From the NCBI GenBank assembly GCA_964442055.1, contig CAYTWJ010000005.1:1-28978 (forward strand): a DNA stretch of 28,978 nt, read 5' to 3'. The stretch is from an uncultured Rhodospirillaceae bacterium. Lineage in GTDB: Bacteria; Pseudomonadota; Alphaproteobacteria; Ferrovibrionales; Ferrovibrionaceae. Of this stretch, positions 8,615 to 18,143 are shown piece by piece. Position numbers and translations under genes: made by a program. Under the pieces are notes generated by a model. The model saw nothing but the letters and a program-made list of their open reading frames with translations. It made no database searches and was not told where the DNA came from. Position 1 is the first letter of the stretch, and each line of letters opens with the position of its first letter.

Positions 8615-9454
8615 ATGCGAATCGCGCTGTGCAACGAGGTGCTGCAAGGCTGGGACTTCGCCGCCCAATGCGGCTTCGCCGCCGCGCTCGGCTATGATGG
8701 GCTTGAGGTCGCCCCCTTCACTCTCGGCGACGAGCCGCACCGGCTGCCGGCCGCCGAACGCGCCCGACTCCGGCGCGCCGCCGCCGACGCCGGCGTCGCC
8801 GTCACCGGGCTGCACTGGCTCCTGGTCGCGCCGGCGGGGCTTTCGATCACCAGCGCCGACGCCGCGGTGCGCGCGCGCACGATCGAGGTGATGCGCGCCC
8901 TCGTCGGGCTGTGCGCCGATCTCGGCGGCCGCTATCTCGTGCACGGCTCGCCGGCCCAGCGCCGCATCCCGCCCGGCGACGACGTGGCGGCGGCCCGGGC
9001 ACGGGCGCGCGATTGCCTCGCCGCCGCCGCCGAGGCGGCGGGCGCCGCCGGCGTCGTCTACTGCCTCGAGCCGCTGGCGCGGCGCGAGACCGACCTTGTC
9101 AATACGATCGCCGAGGCGGCGGCCCTGGTCGGAGAGGTCGGCCATCCGGCGCTGCGCACCATGCTCGACTGCAGCGCCGCGTCGCAGCAGGAGGCCGAGC
9201 CGCCGGCGGCGCTGCTCGACCGCTGGCTGCCGACCGGCCTGATCGCCCACGTGCAGGTCAACGACCGCAACCGCCGCGGGCCGGGCCAGGGCGAGGACCG
9301 TTTCGCCCCGGTGCTGGCCGCGCTGCGCCGCCACGGCTATGCCGGCGACGTGGCGGTCGAGCCCTTCGACTACCATCCCGACGGCCCGGCGGCGGCGGCA
9401 CGTGCGGTCGGCTATCTGCGCGGCATTCTCGAGGCGCTGGCATGGCGGGAGTGA
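8615..9454 (+). CDS. Sugar phosphate isomerase/epimerase, xylose isomerase-like TIM barrel (D-tagatose 3-epimerase/Hyi-like)
   Basis: GYDGLEV, CLEPL, LDC, HVQVND.NRRGPGQG and AVEPF give the Glu/Asp/His/Glu metal-ligand pattern; start at MRIALCNE. Confidence 0.88.
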   Translation: MRIALCNEVLQGWDFAAQCGFAAALGYDGLEVAPFTLGDEPHRLPAAERARLRRAAADAGVAVTGLHWLLVAPAGLSITSADAAVRARTIEVMRALVGLCADLGGRYLVHGSPAQRRIPPGDDVAAARARARDCLAAAAEAAGAAGVVYCLEPLARRETDLVNTIAEAAALVGEVGHPALRTMLDCSAASQQEAEPPAALLDRWLPTGLIAHVQVNDRNRRGPGQGEDRFAPVLAALRRHGYAGDVAVEPFDYHPDGPAAAARAVGYLRGILEALAWRE

Positions 9455-10911
9455 GCGCGATGGTGCGCGTGCGCGCGGTCGCGCTCTACGAGCGCGACGT
9501 GGTCTTGCGCATGCCGTTCCGCTTCGGGGTCGTCACGTTGCGCGCGGCGCCGCAAGCCTTCGCGCGGGTGCGCATCGAGCTCGCCGACGGCCGCACGGGC
9601 TTCGGTATGGCGGCCGAGATGCTCGCGCCGAAATGGTTCGACAAGAACCCGGCGCTCAGCAACGAGGACAACTTCGTCCAGCTCCGCTGTGCGCTGCATA
9701 ACACCGCCGACGCCTATCTCGCCGAGACACGGCCGCAGAGCCCGTTCGTGCTGTCAGCCGGCAACTACCGGTCGCTGCTTGCCGCCGGCGCGGCGCAGGG
9801 GCTCAATCCGCTGGTCGCCAACTTCGGCCCGGCCCTCATCGACCGCGCGGTCATCGATGCCGTCTGCCGGGTCGACGGCCTCGGCTTCGCCGGCGCGGTC
9901 CGCGCCAACCGCCTCGGCATCGCCGCCATGCCGGTCGCGCCCGACCTGGGCGGCTTCGACCTCGACCGCTTCCTCGCCGGCCTGCACCCGCGCCCGTCGA
10001 TCCACGCGCGCCACACCGTCGGTCTGGTCGATCCGGTCACCGCCGCCGACCGGCCGGCGGCTGAGCGGGTGAATGACGGCCTGCCCGAGACGCTCGAGGA
10101 GGTGGTGGCGGCCTACGGCCACCGCTACTTCAAGCTCAAGGTCGGCGGCAAGGCAGCCGAGGACGTGGCGCGGCTTGCCGCTATCGCCGGCGTGCTCGAC
10201 CGCGCTCCCGAGCCCTACTTCGTCACGCTGGACGGCAACGAGCAGTACGCCGATGTCGAAGGCGTGATCGCGCTGTGGCAGACCATGCGGGCGACGCCCG
10301 CGCTTGATCGGCTCTGCCGCTCGATCCTGTTCGTCGAGCAGCCGATCCGCCGCGACGCCGCACTTGCCCGCGACATCGGCGCACTCGCCGAGCTGCCGCC
10401 GGTGATCATCGACGAATCCGACAGCGAGTACGACACCTTCGCGGCAGCGCGCCGGCTTGGCTACCGCGGCGTCTCGAGCAAGACCTGCAAGGGCGTCTAC
10501 AGGTCGCTGCTCAATGCCGCGCGCTGCCGGCGCTGGAACGACGAGGCCGGGGCCGAGCGCTTCCTGATGTCGGGCGAGGACCTCACCACCCAGGCCGGCC
10601 TCGCCGTGCAGCAGGACCTGGCGCTGGTGGCGGTTCTCGGCCTCGGCCATGTCGAGCGCAACGGCCATCACTATGTCGACGGCTTCGCCGCGGCCTCGCC
10701 GGTCGAGCGCGCGGCCTTCCTCGCCGCCCACCCCGACCTCTATCACCGCGCCGGCGACAACGTCCGGCTTACCATCCGCGAAGGCCGGCTTGCGCTCGGT
10801 TCGATCCTCGCTTGCGCCGGCTTCGCCAGTGCCGCCGAGCCGGATTGGAGCGCGCTTCGTCCGATGCCGAAGCCCGCCGCCGCGCCGCAAGCCAAGGGAA
10901 CCGCCGGATGA
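9451..10911 (+). CDS. Enolase (mandelate racemase/muconate lactonizing enzyme) superfamily protein of unknown function
   Basis: FKLKVG (KxK), LDGNEQ, VEQP, IDES metal ligands and SKTCKG. GTG start overlaps the upstream TGA (ATG 9460 is an alternative); the ORF-track extension from 8911 is not credible. Confidence 0.85.
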   Translation: MSAMVRVRAVALYERDVVLRMPFRFGVVTLRAAPQAFARVRIELADGRTGFGMAAEMLAPKWFDKNPALSNEDNFVQLRCALHNTADAYLAETRPQSPFVLSAGNYRSLLAAGAAQGLNPLVANFGPALIDRAVIDAVCRVDGLGFAGAVRANRLGIAAMPVAPDLGGFDLDRFLAGLHPRPSIHARHTVGLVDPVTAADRPAAERVNDGLPETLEEVVAAYGHRYFKLKVGGKAAEDVARLAAIAGVLDRAPEPYFVTLDGNEQYADVEGVIALWQTMRATPALDRLCRSILFVEQPIRRDAALARDIGALAELPPVIIDESDSEYDTFAAARRLGYRGVSSKTCKGVYRSLLNAARCRRWNDEAGAERFLMSGEDLTTQAGLAVQQDLALVAVLGLGHVERNGHHYVDGFAAASPVERAAFLAAHPDLYHRAGDNVRLTIREGRLALGSILACAGFASAAEPDWSALRPMPKPAAAPQAKGTAG

Positions 10912-10966
10912 CCGCAGGGCGCCGCCCCGGCATCGAGCGCGGCCCCGGCGTCGTTTGAGGAGCGTC

Positions 10967-12031
10967 ATGCGAACCTATCGGATCGACCGCAGCTACGACT
11001 GGAACTACGAACACGGCCCTTCCTATCCCGGCCCGTTCCCCAAGGTGCCGCCGACTCCGCTCAAGGACTTCTTCGGCATCCCGGTGCGCTCGCGTCTCGG
11101 CATCGCCGCCGGGCTCCTCCTCAACGCGCGCTGGATCGACACCTACGCCCGGCTCGGCTTCGACATCCTGACCTACAAGACGGTGCGCAGCCTCCACCGC
11201 GCCTGCCACCCGCTGCCGAACTGGGTCTATCTCGACCCGAGCGCGACGGTCGATCCGCAGCGCGCGGGACAGAGCTTCCGCACCGTCGCCGCCGCGCCGC
11301 GCGGCGGGCGGGTGTTCAGCTCGGTTTCCTTCGGCATGCCGTCGAAGGCGCCGGCGGTGTGGATGAAAGACGTCGCCCGCGCCCGGCGCAGGCTCAAGCC
11401 GGGGCAGGCGCTGATCGTCTCGGTTGTCGCGCCGCCCGGCGCCGGCGCCGGAATACAGGAGATGATCGATGACTTCGCGAATCTCACCGCCATGGCGCGC
11501 GAGGCGGGAGCGCAGATGATCGAGGCCAACCTGTCCTGCCCGAACGTGCTGACGCCGGAAGCGCAGATCTTCCAGGACGCCGAGCTCTCCGGCGCCATCG
11601 CGCGGGCGATGCGCAAGGCGGCGCTGGGCCGGCCGGTGGCGCTGAAGGTCGGCTACCTGCCCGACGACGGCCGGCTACGCCGGCTGCTGCGCGCGGTCGA
11701 CGGCGCCGCCGACGCGCTGACCATGGTCAACGGCTTCTCGCGGCCGATCGTCGACAGGCGCGGGCGGGCCGCCTTCGGCCAGGGCCGCGAGGCCGCGGGC
11801 ATTCTCGGCGACCGCATACGCGAGCCGTGCGTCGACATCGTCGGCCGTGCCGTTCGCCATATCGACAGGGACCGGCTGGGGCTGCGCGTCATTGCGGTCG
11901 GCGGGGTATTTGCGCCCGCGGACGCGGCACTTTACTTCGACGCCGGCGCGGCGGCGGTGATGATGGGCAGCGCGCCGATGTTCGACCCCATGCTCGCCAT
12001 CCGCATGAAGGCGGCGCATCCGGAATGGTGA
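10967..12031 (+). CDS. Dihydroorotate dehydrogenase-like FMN-dependent oxidoreductase (class 1-like, Cys active site)
   Basis: TYKTV, EANLSCPN, LKVG, TMVNG, IAVGGV and VMMGS motifs; GAGGAG RBS before ATG 10967. Confidence 0.85.
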   Translation: MRTYRIDRSYDWNYEHGPSYPGPFPKVPPTPLKDFFGIPVRSRLGIAAGLLLNARWIDTYARLGFDILTYKTVRSLHRACHPLPNWVYLDPSATVDPQRAGQSFRTVAAAPRGGRVFSSVSFGMPSKAPAVWMKDVARARRRLKPGQALIVSVVAPPGAGAGIQEMIDDFANLTAMAREAGAQMIEANLSCPNVLTPEAQIFQDAELSGAIARAMRKAALGRPVALKVGYLPDDGRLRRLLRAVDGAADALTMVNGFSRPIVDRRGRAAFGQGREAAGILGDRIREPCVDIVGRAVRHIDRDRLGLRVIAVGGVFAPADAALYFDAGAAAVMMGSAPMFDPMLAIRMKAAHPEW

Positions 12032-12277
12032 CGGCCGATCGGTCGCCCGGCGAACGCCGCCGGGCCGCCGCGGCTCTCCGCCATGCGCTCGAGCGGCTGG
12101 AAACCAAGGCGGACAAATAGGCCGGCCGATTGAGCGCCGCAGGCGGCGCGGGCACGGAGCAGGTGTCCGGTCGCCGCCATGAACCGCGACCGCGCGTCCC
12201 CAGTCATCGCGGCCGCGCGAAGCGGCGATTGCGAGAGCCAACCTGGGTCGGCGCCTTTGGCCGGCCGCTTCGACCGA

Positions 12278-12829
12278 TCAGCCGCCCGGTGCCGCACGGG
12301 CAGCAGCGACTCGCTCGTCCCACTCCTGCCAGAACAGGGCCCATCCACGACGGTCATGGTCGTCGTCGATGCTGACCTTGGGAGAGCATCGTTCATAGAA
12401 GCCGAGCACCTGCTCGGCGAAGCCGAGAACGGCTCGGCGCCACTCCCGCGCGCAAACCGTCTCCGTCCCGGCATCCGACGAGAGTACGATGTAGCCGGCC
12501 TGATGCGTGACGAATACCTCGATACCGTCACCGCAACCCACGCAGAGAACCTCGAATTTCCATTCCGGGCCGTCGCTCGGCCAAACGGCGTGTCCGCAGC
12601 AGGGAAACAGTCGGTTCTCCTCGGCGACGGGAGTCTCCAGCGTGTGATCGTGCGAGAGCGTCCGCAGGAGGAAAAGCGCGGCGGCACTCACGGTCCAGTC
12701 CCCGTCTTCCGGGGAGACGAAGCACGTCTCGTTCACCCGGAATTCGACGCGACCATGCGCGCAATAATCCTCCGGCTGATCGGCAGCACCGTTGAACCAG
12801 CAAATGTCATAGACCGCGAGCGTTATCGT
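12278..12829 (-). CDS. Hypothetical Cys/His-rich protein, start codon uncertain (possible 5'-damaged gene)
   Basis: Open frame with non-random protein (DYCAHG, WTVSAAALFLLRTL, LFPCCGH, FYERCSPK, GWALFWQEW); lower GC and many A/T-ending codons; no ATG/GTG/TTG with an RBS near the apparent N-terminus. Confidence 0.65.
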   Translation of the reverse strand, partial: TITLAVYDICWFNGAADQPEDYCAHGRVEFRVNETCFVSPEDGDWTVSAAALFLLRTLSHDHTLETPVAEENRLFPCCGHAVWPSDGPEWKFEVLCVGCGDGIEVFVTHQAGYIVLSSDAGTETVCAREWRRAVLGFAEQVLGFYERCSPKVSIDDDHDRRGWALFWQEWDERVAAARAAPGG

Positions 12830-13133
12830 GGTGCCAACGCAATGGGGGAACGGGGCGGCCCTCGTCAGCGGGCAAAGCCCCTCCCGAGCGGGAATCGCAG
12901 GGCGGATTCGGAACCGGCGGCGCATTGTAAGCCATTTGGGGGCGACTGGCAGCGCCGCAGCATGCCGTGGCGACCGGGCCGGCCGAGGCCACCTGCGGGC
13001 CGAGAACCATCGCGGCGATCACCGGGCACCGCCGCACGGCGATGGTCGAACAATTCTCCCGGGCGGCCGGCAAGCGGCGCCGGCCGGGGGTTGTGATTCC
13101 TGCGAATCGGCGATCCCGAAGAGAGCCAAGCAA

Positions 13134-13209
<76 letters not shown>

Positions 13210-13260
13210 CCCGGCGGAGCGTCGGGGGCCGCGCGGGCCCCCCGCCCCGAAGGACGCCGG

Positions 13261-13290
13261 TTTATAGGGGAATTCCCCCCGCCCTGTCCA
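13261..13290 (-). promoter_or_regulatory. Putative sigma70 promoter of tRNA-Phe
   Basis: TGGACA-N18-TATAAA on the minus strand, about 50 bp upstream of the tRNA. Confidence 0.5.
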
Positions 13291-13327
13291 GCCGGCCCGG
13301 GCGACCGCCCGGGCCGGGCCGCCGGCA

Positions 13328-13540
13328 TCATTCTTCACCCTTCTCGGCGCCGGGCTCGGCCTCGGGCGGCGCTTCCGCGCCGGGGATGCGGTAGGCCTCG
13401 CCCAGCCAGCGGCCGAGGTCGATGTGCTGGCAGCGCGCCGAGCAGAACGGCCGCCAGCGCTCGACCGACGGCCGGCCGCAGATCGGACACTTGCCGGCGC
13501 GCGACGGACCCTTCGCCTCGCCTTCGCGCTTGCCGCTCAT
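13328..13540 (-). CDS. yacG: DNA gyrase inhibitor YacG
   Basis: CPICG...PFCSARC..IDLGRWL...Y.IP zinc-finger signature; conserved position after rne/rng. Confidence 0.93.
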   Translation of the reverse strand: MSGKREGEAKGPSRAGKCPICGRPSVERWRPFCSARCQHIDLGRWLGEAYRIPGAEAPPEAEPGAEKGEE

Positions 13541-14964
13541 CGCACCCGCACCTCGAACGAGTCCCGCGCCCGCGCCGCCTCGGGCCGCACCGTCACCTGG
13601 GCGCCCAGCCTGAGGCTGAGCCGTCCGATCAGCCCGCCTTCAAGCGCCGCCGCCAGATCCGGCGCGCAGGCGATCTCAAGCCGCCGCCCCGGCAGCGCCG
13701 CCGCCTCGGCCGTGGCCCGCCGCATCGCCGCCGCGGCGATCGCGGCCAATGTCGGGCGAAGCCCGCCGCCGCCGCAGCCGGCGCAAGCTTCGGTCAGGCG
13801 GACGGCCAGCGCCGGCCCGGTGCGCTTGCGCGCGCACTCGACCAGGCCGAGCGCCGACATGTCCAGCACCTGCGTCGGCGCCGGATCGCGCGCCAGTGCG
13901 CCGCGCAGCGCGCGCACCACCTGGTCGCGGGCGCGCGCATCGGCCAGGCGCAGAAAATCGATCACCACGATGCCGCCGATGGCGCGCAGGCGCAACTGCC
14001 GCGCAATCTCGGCCGCCGCCTCGAGGTTGGCGCGCAGCGCCGTCGCCTCGCGCTCGCCGCCGATCAGCCCGCCGCTGTCGACGTCGATCGCGGTCAGCGC
14101 CTCGGTGGCGCCGAAGACGATGGCGGCGCCCGACGGCAGCACGAGGCGCGGCGCCAGCGCGCGCGCGATCTCGCCCTCGACGTCGTGGCGCTCGAACAAT
14201 GCGCCCGGGCCGTCGTGGCGCGCGATCCGCTCGACGAGGTCGGGCGCCCGCGCCGTCGCCCAGGCGCGCACGCGCGCCAGCGCCGCCGGCCCGTCGACCC
14301 GGATTTGGCCGATCCCCGGGTGGGCGAGATCGCGCAAGGCCCGCTCGATCGCCCCCTCCTCGGGGCGAAGCAGCACCGGTGCCGCCGCCCGCTCGGAACG
14401 GACGCGCAGCTCGCGCCAATCGGCGGCGAGGCGGGCGAGATCGGCGGCGATCAGCTCGGCGGCGGCGCTGGCGGCGGCGGTGCGCAGGATGCAGCCGCCC
14501 TCGCTCACGAGCGGCGCGACGATCGCGGCGAGGCGGCGGCGTTCCTCGCCGTCCTCGATGCGGCGCGAGACGGTGACGCCGCTGCGCCGCGGCGCATAGA
14601 CGACGAAGCGTCCGGCCAGGGCGATGTCGGCGCTCAGCTTGACGCCCTTGCCCGCGCCGGCTTCGCGGATCGCCTGGACCAGCACCGCCTCGCCTTCATG
14701 CACCAGACGGGCGATGGGCGCCTCGCCCCCGGCAGCGGTCGCGTCGGCAGCGGCGAGAAAGCCCGCCCGTGGCAGCCCCAGATCGACGAAGGCCGCCTGC
14801 AGCGACGGCTCGACGCGGGTGACGCGCCCCAACCAGATGTCGCCGAGCGCCCCGGCCGGTGCCGCACCCTCGGGCGCGATGTGCAGCTCGGCCAGGCGGC
14901 CGTCCTCGATCAGGGCGATCCGGGTCTCGGCGACGCCCTCCTCGATCAGCAGCTCGTCGTTCAT
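13537..14964 (-). CDS. Ribonuclease E/G family protein (RNase G/CafA-like)
   Basis: S1 domain ([21 protein letters not shown]...E....KG..LS..I.LAGRF.VY.P), [33 protein letters not shown] and C..C.G.G; ATG 14964 overlaps the maf stop. Confidence 0.92.
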   Translation of the reverse strand: MNDELLIEEGVAETRIALIEDGRLAELHIAPEGAAPAGALGDIWLGRVTRVEPSLQAAFVDLGLPRAGFLAAADATAAGGEAPIARLVHEGEAVLVQAIREAGAGKGVKLSADIALAGRFVVYAPRRSGVTVSRRIEDGEERRRLAAIVAPLVSEGGCILRTAAASAAAELIAADLARLAADWRELRVRSERAAAPVLLRPEEGAIERALRDLAHPGIGQIRVDGPAALARVRAWATARAPDLVERIARHDGPGALFERHDVEGEIARALAPRLVLPSGAAIVFGATEALTAIDVDSGGLIGGEREATALRANLEAAAEIARQLRLRAIGGIVVIDFLRLADARARDQVVRALRGALARDPAPTQVLDMSALGLVECARKRTGPALAVRLTEACAGCGGGGLRPTLAAIAAAAMRRATAEAAALPGRRLEIACAPDLAAALEGGLIGRLSLRLGAQVTVRPEAARARDSFEVRVR

Positions 14965-15551
14965 CCGTCCCACAAGGCGAAGCCGAGGCCGCGCAGCAGC
15001 GCCGCTGCCTCGAACACCGGCAGGCCGACGACGTTGGAATGGGAACCGCTGAGCCAGGCGACGAAGACGCCGGCGCGGCCCTGTGCGGCGTAGCCGCCCG
15101 CCTTGCCGTGCCATTCGCCGCTGGCCAGGTAGGCGGCGATCTCCGCGGCGCTCAGTCGCTTGAAGCGCACCAGGCTGGTGACGACGCGCGACGCCCGCCG
15201 GCCGTCGGGATCGCGCACCGCCACCGCCGTCAGCACGCGATGACGCCGCCCGGAGAGCCGGCGCAGGCAGGCCGCGGCGTCGGCCTCGCTTTCGGCCTTG
15301 GGCAGGATGCGCCGCCCGAGCGCAACGACGGTATCGGCGGCGATGATGAAGGCGCCGGCATGGCGGGCGGCGACGGCGTCGACCTTGGCGAGCGCGAGGC
15401 GCAGCGCGTGCGCGCGCGGGCTCTCGCCGGAAAGCAGCCGCTCGTCGACGGCGGGCGGATCGATATGGTCGGGAACGACGCCGATCTGGCGCAGGAGATC
15501 AAGTCGGCGCGGCGACGCGGAGGCAAGCACCAGCGGCGCGGAGGCGCGCAC
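14961..15551 (-). CDS. maf: Maf family nucleoside triphosphate pyrophosphatase
   Basis: LVLASASPRR..LL, IDE/VDE, K..AV, AADTVV, LSGR.H.V.T and KAGGY..QG motifs. Confidence 0.94.
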   Translation of the reverse strand: MRASAPLVLASASPRRLDLLRQIGVVPDHIDPPAVDERLLSGESPRAHALRLALAKVDAVAARHAGAFIIAADTVVALGRRILPKAESEADAAACLRRLSGRRHRVLTAVAVRDPDGRRASRVVTSLVRFKRLSAAEIAAYLASGEWHGKAGGYAAQGRAGVFVAWLSGSHSNVVGLPVFEAAALLRGLGFALWDG

Positions 15552-15560
15552 GCCCGGGCC

Positions 15561-15779
15561 TCATTTGAAGCGGAACGTGATGCGGCCCTTGCTCAGGTCG
15601 TACGGCGTCATCTCCACCATCACCTTGTCGCCGGCGAGGACGCGGATGCGGTTCTTGCGCATCTTGCCCGACGTGTGGGCCAGCACCTCATGCCCATTCT
15701 CGAGCTTCACCCGGAACATCGCATTGGGCAAAAGCTCGGTGACGACGCCAGGGAATTCGAGCATTTCCTCCTTGGCCAT
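15561..15779 (-). CDS. infA: Translation initiation factor IF-1
   Basis: [53 protein letters not shown] is canonical IF-1; AGGAGG RBS. Confidence 0.99.
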   Translation of the reverse strand: MAKEEMLEFPGVVTELLPNAMFRVKLENGHEVLAHTSGKMRKNRIRVLAGDKVMVEMTPYDLSKGRITFRFK

Positions 15780-15906
15780 TCATCCTCCTGTTAGCGGCTT
15801 CCGCCGCGCGGGGCCGGCGGTGAACATGCGTCCCGGCGCCCCGAAAATCAAGGCGTTTCGGCGGCTTGCACGGGCCGCGCCGGCGGCGCAGGCACGCGTC
15901 GCCGGC

Positions 15907-16350
15907 TCAGACGACCGGCGCGGCGCGGGGCCGGAAACGCTCCTTGATGCGCCGCATCAGGCCGTCGCGCACCGCGCGGTAGGCCTCGAGCCGCGTCTCG
16001 CGGCTGCCCTCGACCACCGAGGGATCCATGGTCTGCCAGTACTCGACCTCGCAGGCCATGGTCCGCGTCATCTCGACGGCGCGGTGCTGCGCCTGGGGCG
16101 ACAGCGTGATGATCAGGTCGAAGGAGCCGTCCTCGAGCTCGTCGAAGGTCTTGGCCCGATGCCGGCTCAAGTCGATGCCAATCTCGTCCATCACCTCGAT
16201 GGCGAAGGGGTCGAGCTCGCCCGACACCAGCCCGACCGAGTCGACGTAGACCGAGCGACCGAAGAGATGCTTCATGATCGCCTCGGCCATCGGCGAGCGG
16301 ATGGCGTTCGAGGTGCAGGCGAACAACACGCTCCCCGGCAGCGCGCCCAT
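15907..16350 (-). CDS. Low-molecular-weight phosphatase / ArsC family protein
   Basis: LFACTSNAIRSPMAEA P-loop (Cx5R), SFDLIITL and DP motifs. Confidence 0.9.
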   Translation of the reverse strand: MGALPGSVLFACTSNAIRSPMAEAIMKHLFGRSVYVDSVGLVSGELDPFAIEVMDEIGIDLSRHRAKTFDELEDGSFDLIITLSPQAQHRAVEMTRTMACEVEYWQTMDPSVVEGSRETRLEAYRAVRDGLMRRIKERFRPRAAPVV

Positions 16351-16357
16351 TGCCCGC

Positions 16358-16834
16358 TCACGCCTTGAGATGCAGCACGCAGATCAGGGTGAAGAGCCGG
16401 CGGGCGGTGTCGAAGTCGATCTCGATCTTGCCCTTGAGCCGCTGCTGCAGCAGCTCCGAACCCTCGTTGTGGATGCCGCGCCGCCCCATGTCGATGGCCT
16501 CGATGCGCGACGGCGAGGCGGTCTTGATCGCCTTGAAGTAGCTGTCGCAGATCTCGAAATAGTCCTTGACCACGCGGCGGAACGAGCTCAGGCCAAGCAG
16601 CACCTTGCCGACCGGCTCGCCGGACTGGCGGCGGATGTCGAAGACGAGCCGGTTCTCCTCGATGCCGAGATGCAGATGGTAGGGGCCGCCGCCGTCGCCG
16701 ACCGGCGCGAAGCTGTTCTCCTCGAGCAGGTCGTAGATCGCCACCTTGCGCTCGTGCTCGATGTCGGCGCCGCGGCGCACGACGCTGCGCTCGTCCAGCG
16801 TGATCTCGGCGAGGCGGAAGGCGGGATCGGCCAA
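16358..16834 (-). CDS. UPF0262 family protein
   Basis: [20 protein letters not shown] and [20 protein letters not shown]...[11 protein letters not shown]; conserved position after hisD; TTG start. Confidence 0.92.
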   Translation of the reverse strand: MADPAFRLAEITLDERSVVRRGADIEHERKVAIYDLLEENSFAPVGDGGGPYHLHLGIEENRLVFDIRRQSGEPVGKVLLGLSSFRRVVKDYFEICDSYFKAIKTASPSRIEAIDMGRRGIHNEGSELLQQRLKGKIEIDFDTARRLFTLICVLHLKA

Positions 16835-16838
16835 GCCG

Positions 16839-18143
16839 TCAGCCGGAGCGCGGCAGGTTGAGGCGGATCGCCACCGAGAGGGCGTGCGCGCCGAAGCCCT
16901 CGGCCTCGGCCAGACGGAGCGCCGCGGGGCCGATGCGCGCCAGCGCCGCCGCGTCGCAACGCACGATCGAGCTGCGCTTCATGAAGTCGAGCACCGATAG
17001 CCCTGAGGCGAAGCGCGCCGCGCCGGCGGTCGGCAGCACATGGTTGGTGCCGGCGACATAGTCGCCGACCGCTTCCGGGGTGTGGCGGCCGAGAAAGACC
17101 GCGCCGGCATTGCGCACCTTCGCCAGCAACTCGTCGGGGCTCTCGACGGCGAGCTCGAGATGCTCCGGCGCGATGCGATCGACCAGCGCGGCCGCGTCGG
17201 CGATGCGCTCGACGACGATCACCGCGCCGAAGCGTTCCCAGCTCGCCCGCGCGATCGCGCCGCGCCCGAGCGTGGCAAGATGGCCCTCGATCGCCGCGAC
17301 CGCGTCATCGGCGAAGGCGGCGTCGTCCGTGATCAGGATCGCCTGCGCCGCCTCGTCGTGCTCGGCTTGGCTGAGCAGGTCGGCGGCGACCCAGGCCGGA
17401 TCGTTGCGCCGGTCCGCCACCACCAGGATCTCCGACGGGCCGGCGATGGTGTCGATGCCGACCTGGCCGAAGACCTGGCGCTTGGCCTCGGCGACGTAGA
17501 CGTTGCCCGGGCCGACGATCTTGTCGACTGGCGCGATGGAGGCGGTGCCCCAGGCGAGCGCGGCGATCGCCTGCGCGCCGCCGACGCGGTAGATTTCGCC
17601 GACCCCGGCCAGCTCGGCGGCGGCGAGCACCAGCGGGTCGATCTCGCCGCCCGGCGCCGGCACGGCCATCACGATCCTGCCTACACCCGCCACCTGGGCG
17701 GGGATCGCGTTCATCAGCACCGACGACGGATAGGCGGCCTTGCCACCGGGCACGTAGATGCCGGCAGCGGCAACGGCGGTCCAGCGGGCGCCGAGCTCGA
17801 CGCCGGCCTCGTCGGTGAAGCGCTCGTCGGCGGGGAGCTGGCGGCGGTGATAGGCGCGGATGCGCTCGGCGGCGAGCTGCAGGGCGCCGCGCGTCGCGCC
17901 GTCGATCCGTGCCGCCGCGCTCGCCACCTCGGCGGCGGAAACGCGCAACTTCGCGGGCGTCAGCTCGAGACGGTCGAAGCGCCGGGTATAGTCGATCAGG
18001 GCCGCATCGCCGCGCGCGCGCACGTCGGCGATGATCGCGGCCACTTGCGCCGCCACGTCCTGTTCGATCTCGCGCTTGGCGGCGACCAGGCGCTCGAAGG
18101 CGGCGGCGAAGCCGGCCGCGCGGGCATCGAGCCTAAGCGGCAT
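16839..18143 (-). CDS. hisD: Histidinol dehydrogenase
   Basis: [68 protein letters not shown] and [13 protein letters not shown]. Confidence 0.98.
   Translation of the reverse strand: MPLRLDARAAGFAAAFERLVAAKREIEQDVAAQVAAIIADVRARGDAALIDYTRRFDRLELTPAKLRVSAAEVASAAARIDGATRGALQLAAERIRAYHRRQLPADERFTDEAGVELGARWTAVAAAGIYVPGGKAAYPSSVLMNAIPAQVAGVGRIVMAVPAPGGEIDPLVLAAAELAGVGEIYRVGGAQAIAALAWGTASIAPVDKIVGPGNVYVAEAKRQVFGQVGIDTIAGPSEILVVADRRNDPAWVAADLLSQAEHDEAAQAILITDDAAFADDAVAAIEGHLATLGRGAIARASWERFGAVIVVERIADAAALVDRIAPEHLELAVESPDELLAKVRNAGAVFLGRHTPEAVGDYVAGTNHVLPTAGAARFASGLSVLDFMKRSSIVRCDAAALARIGPAALRLAEAEGFGAHALSVAIRLNLPRSG

Noticed and set aside
8911-9450. 180-codon N-terminal extension of the enolase-family ORF in the track
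   Set aside because: It overlaps the epimerase gene in another frame and is low-complexity; the GTGA overlap at 9451 gives a natural coupled start.
12829-12835. TGGTGCC match to the tRNA-Phe 3' end as a possible att site
   Set aside because: Only 7 bp, no integrase nearby, and chance occurrence within a few hundred bp is quite plausible.
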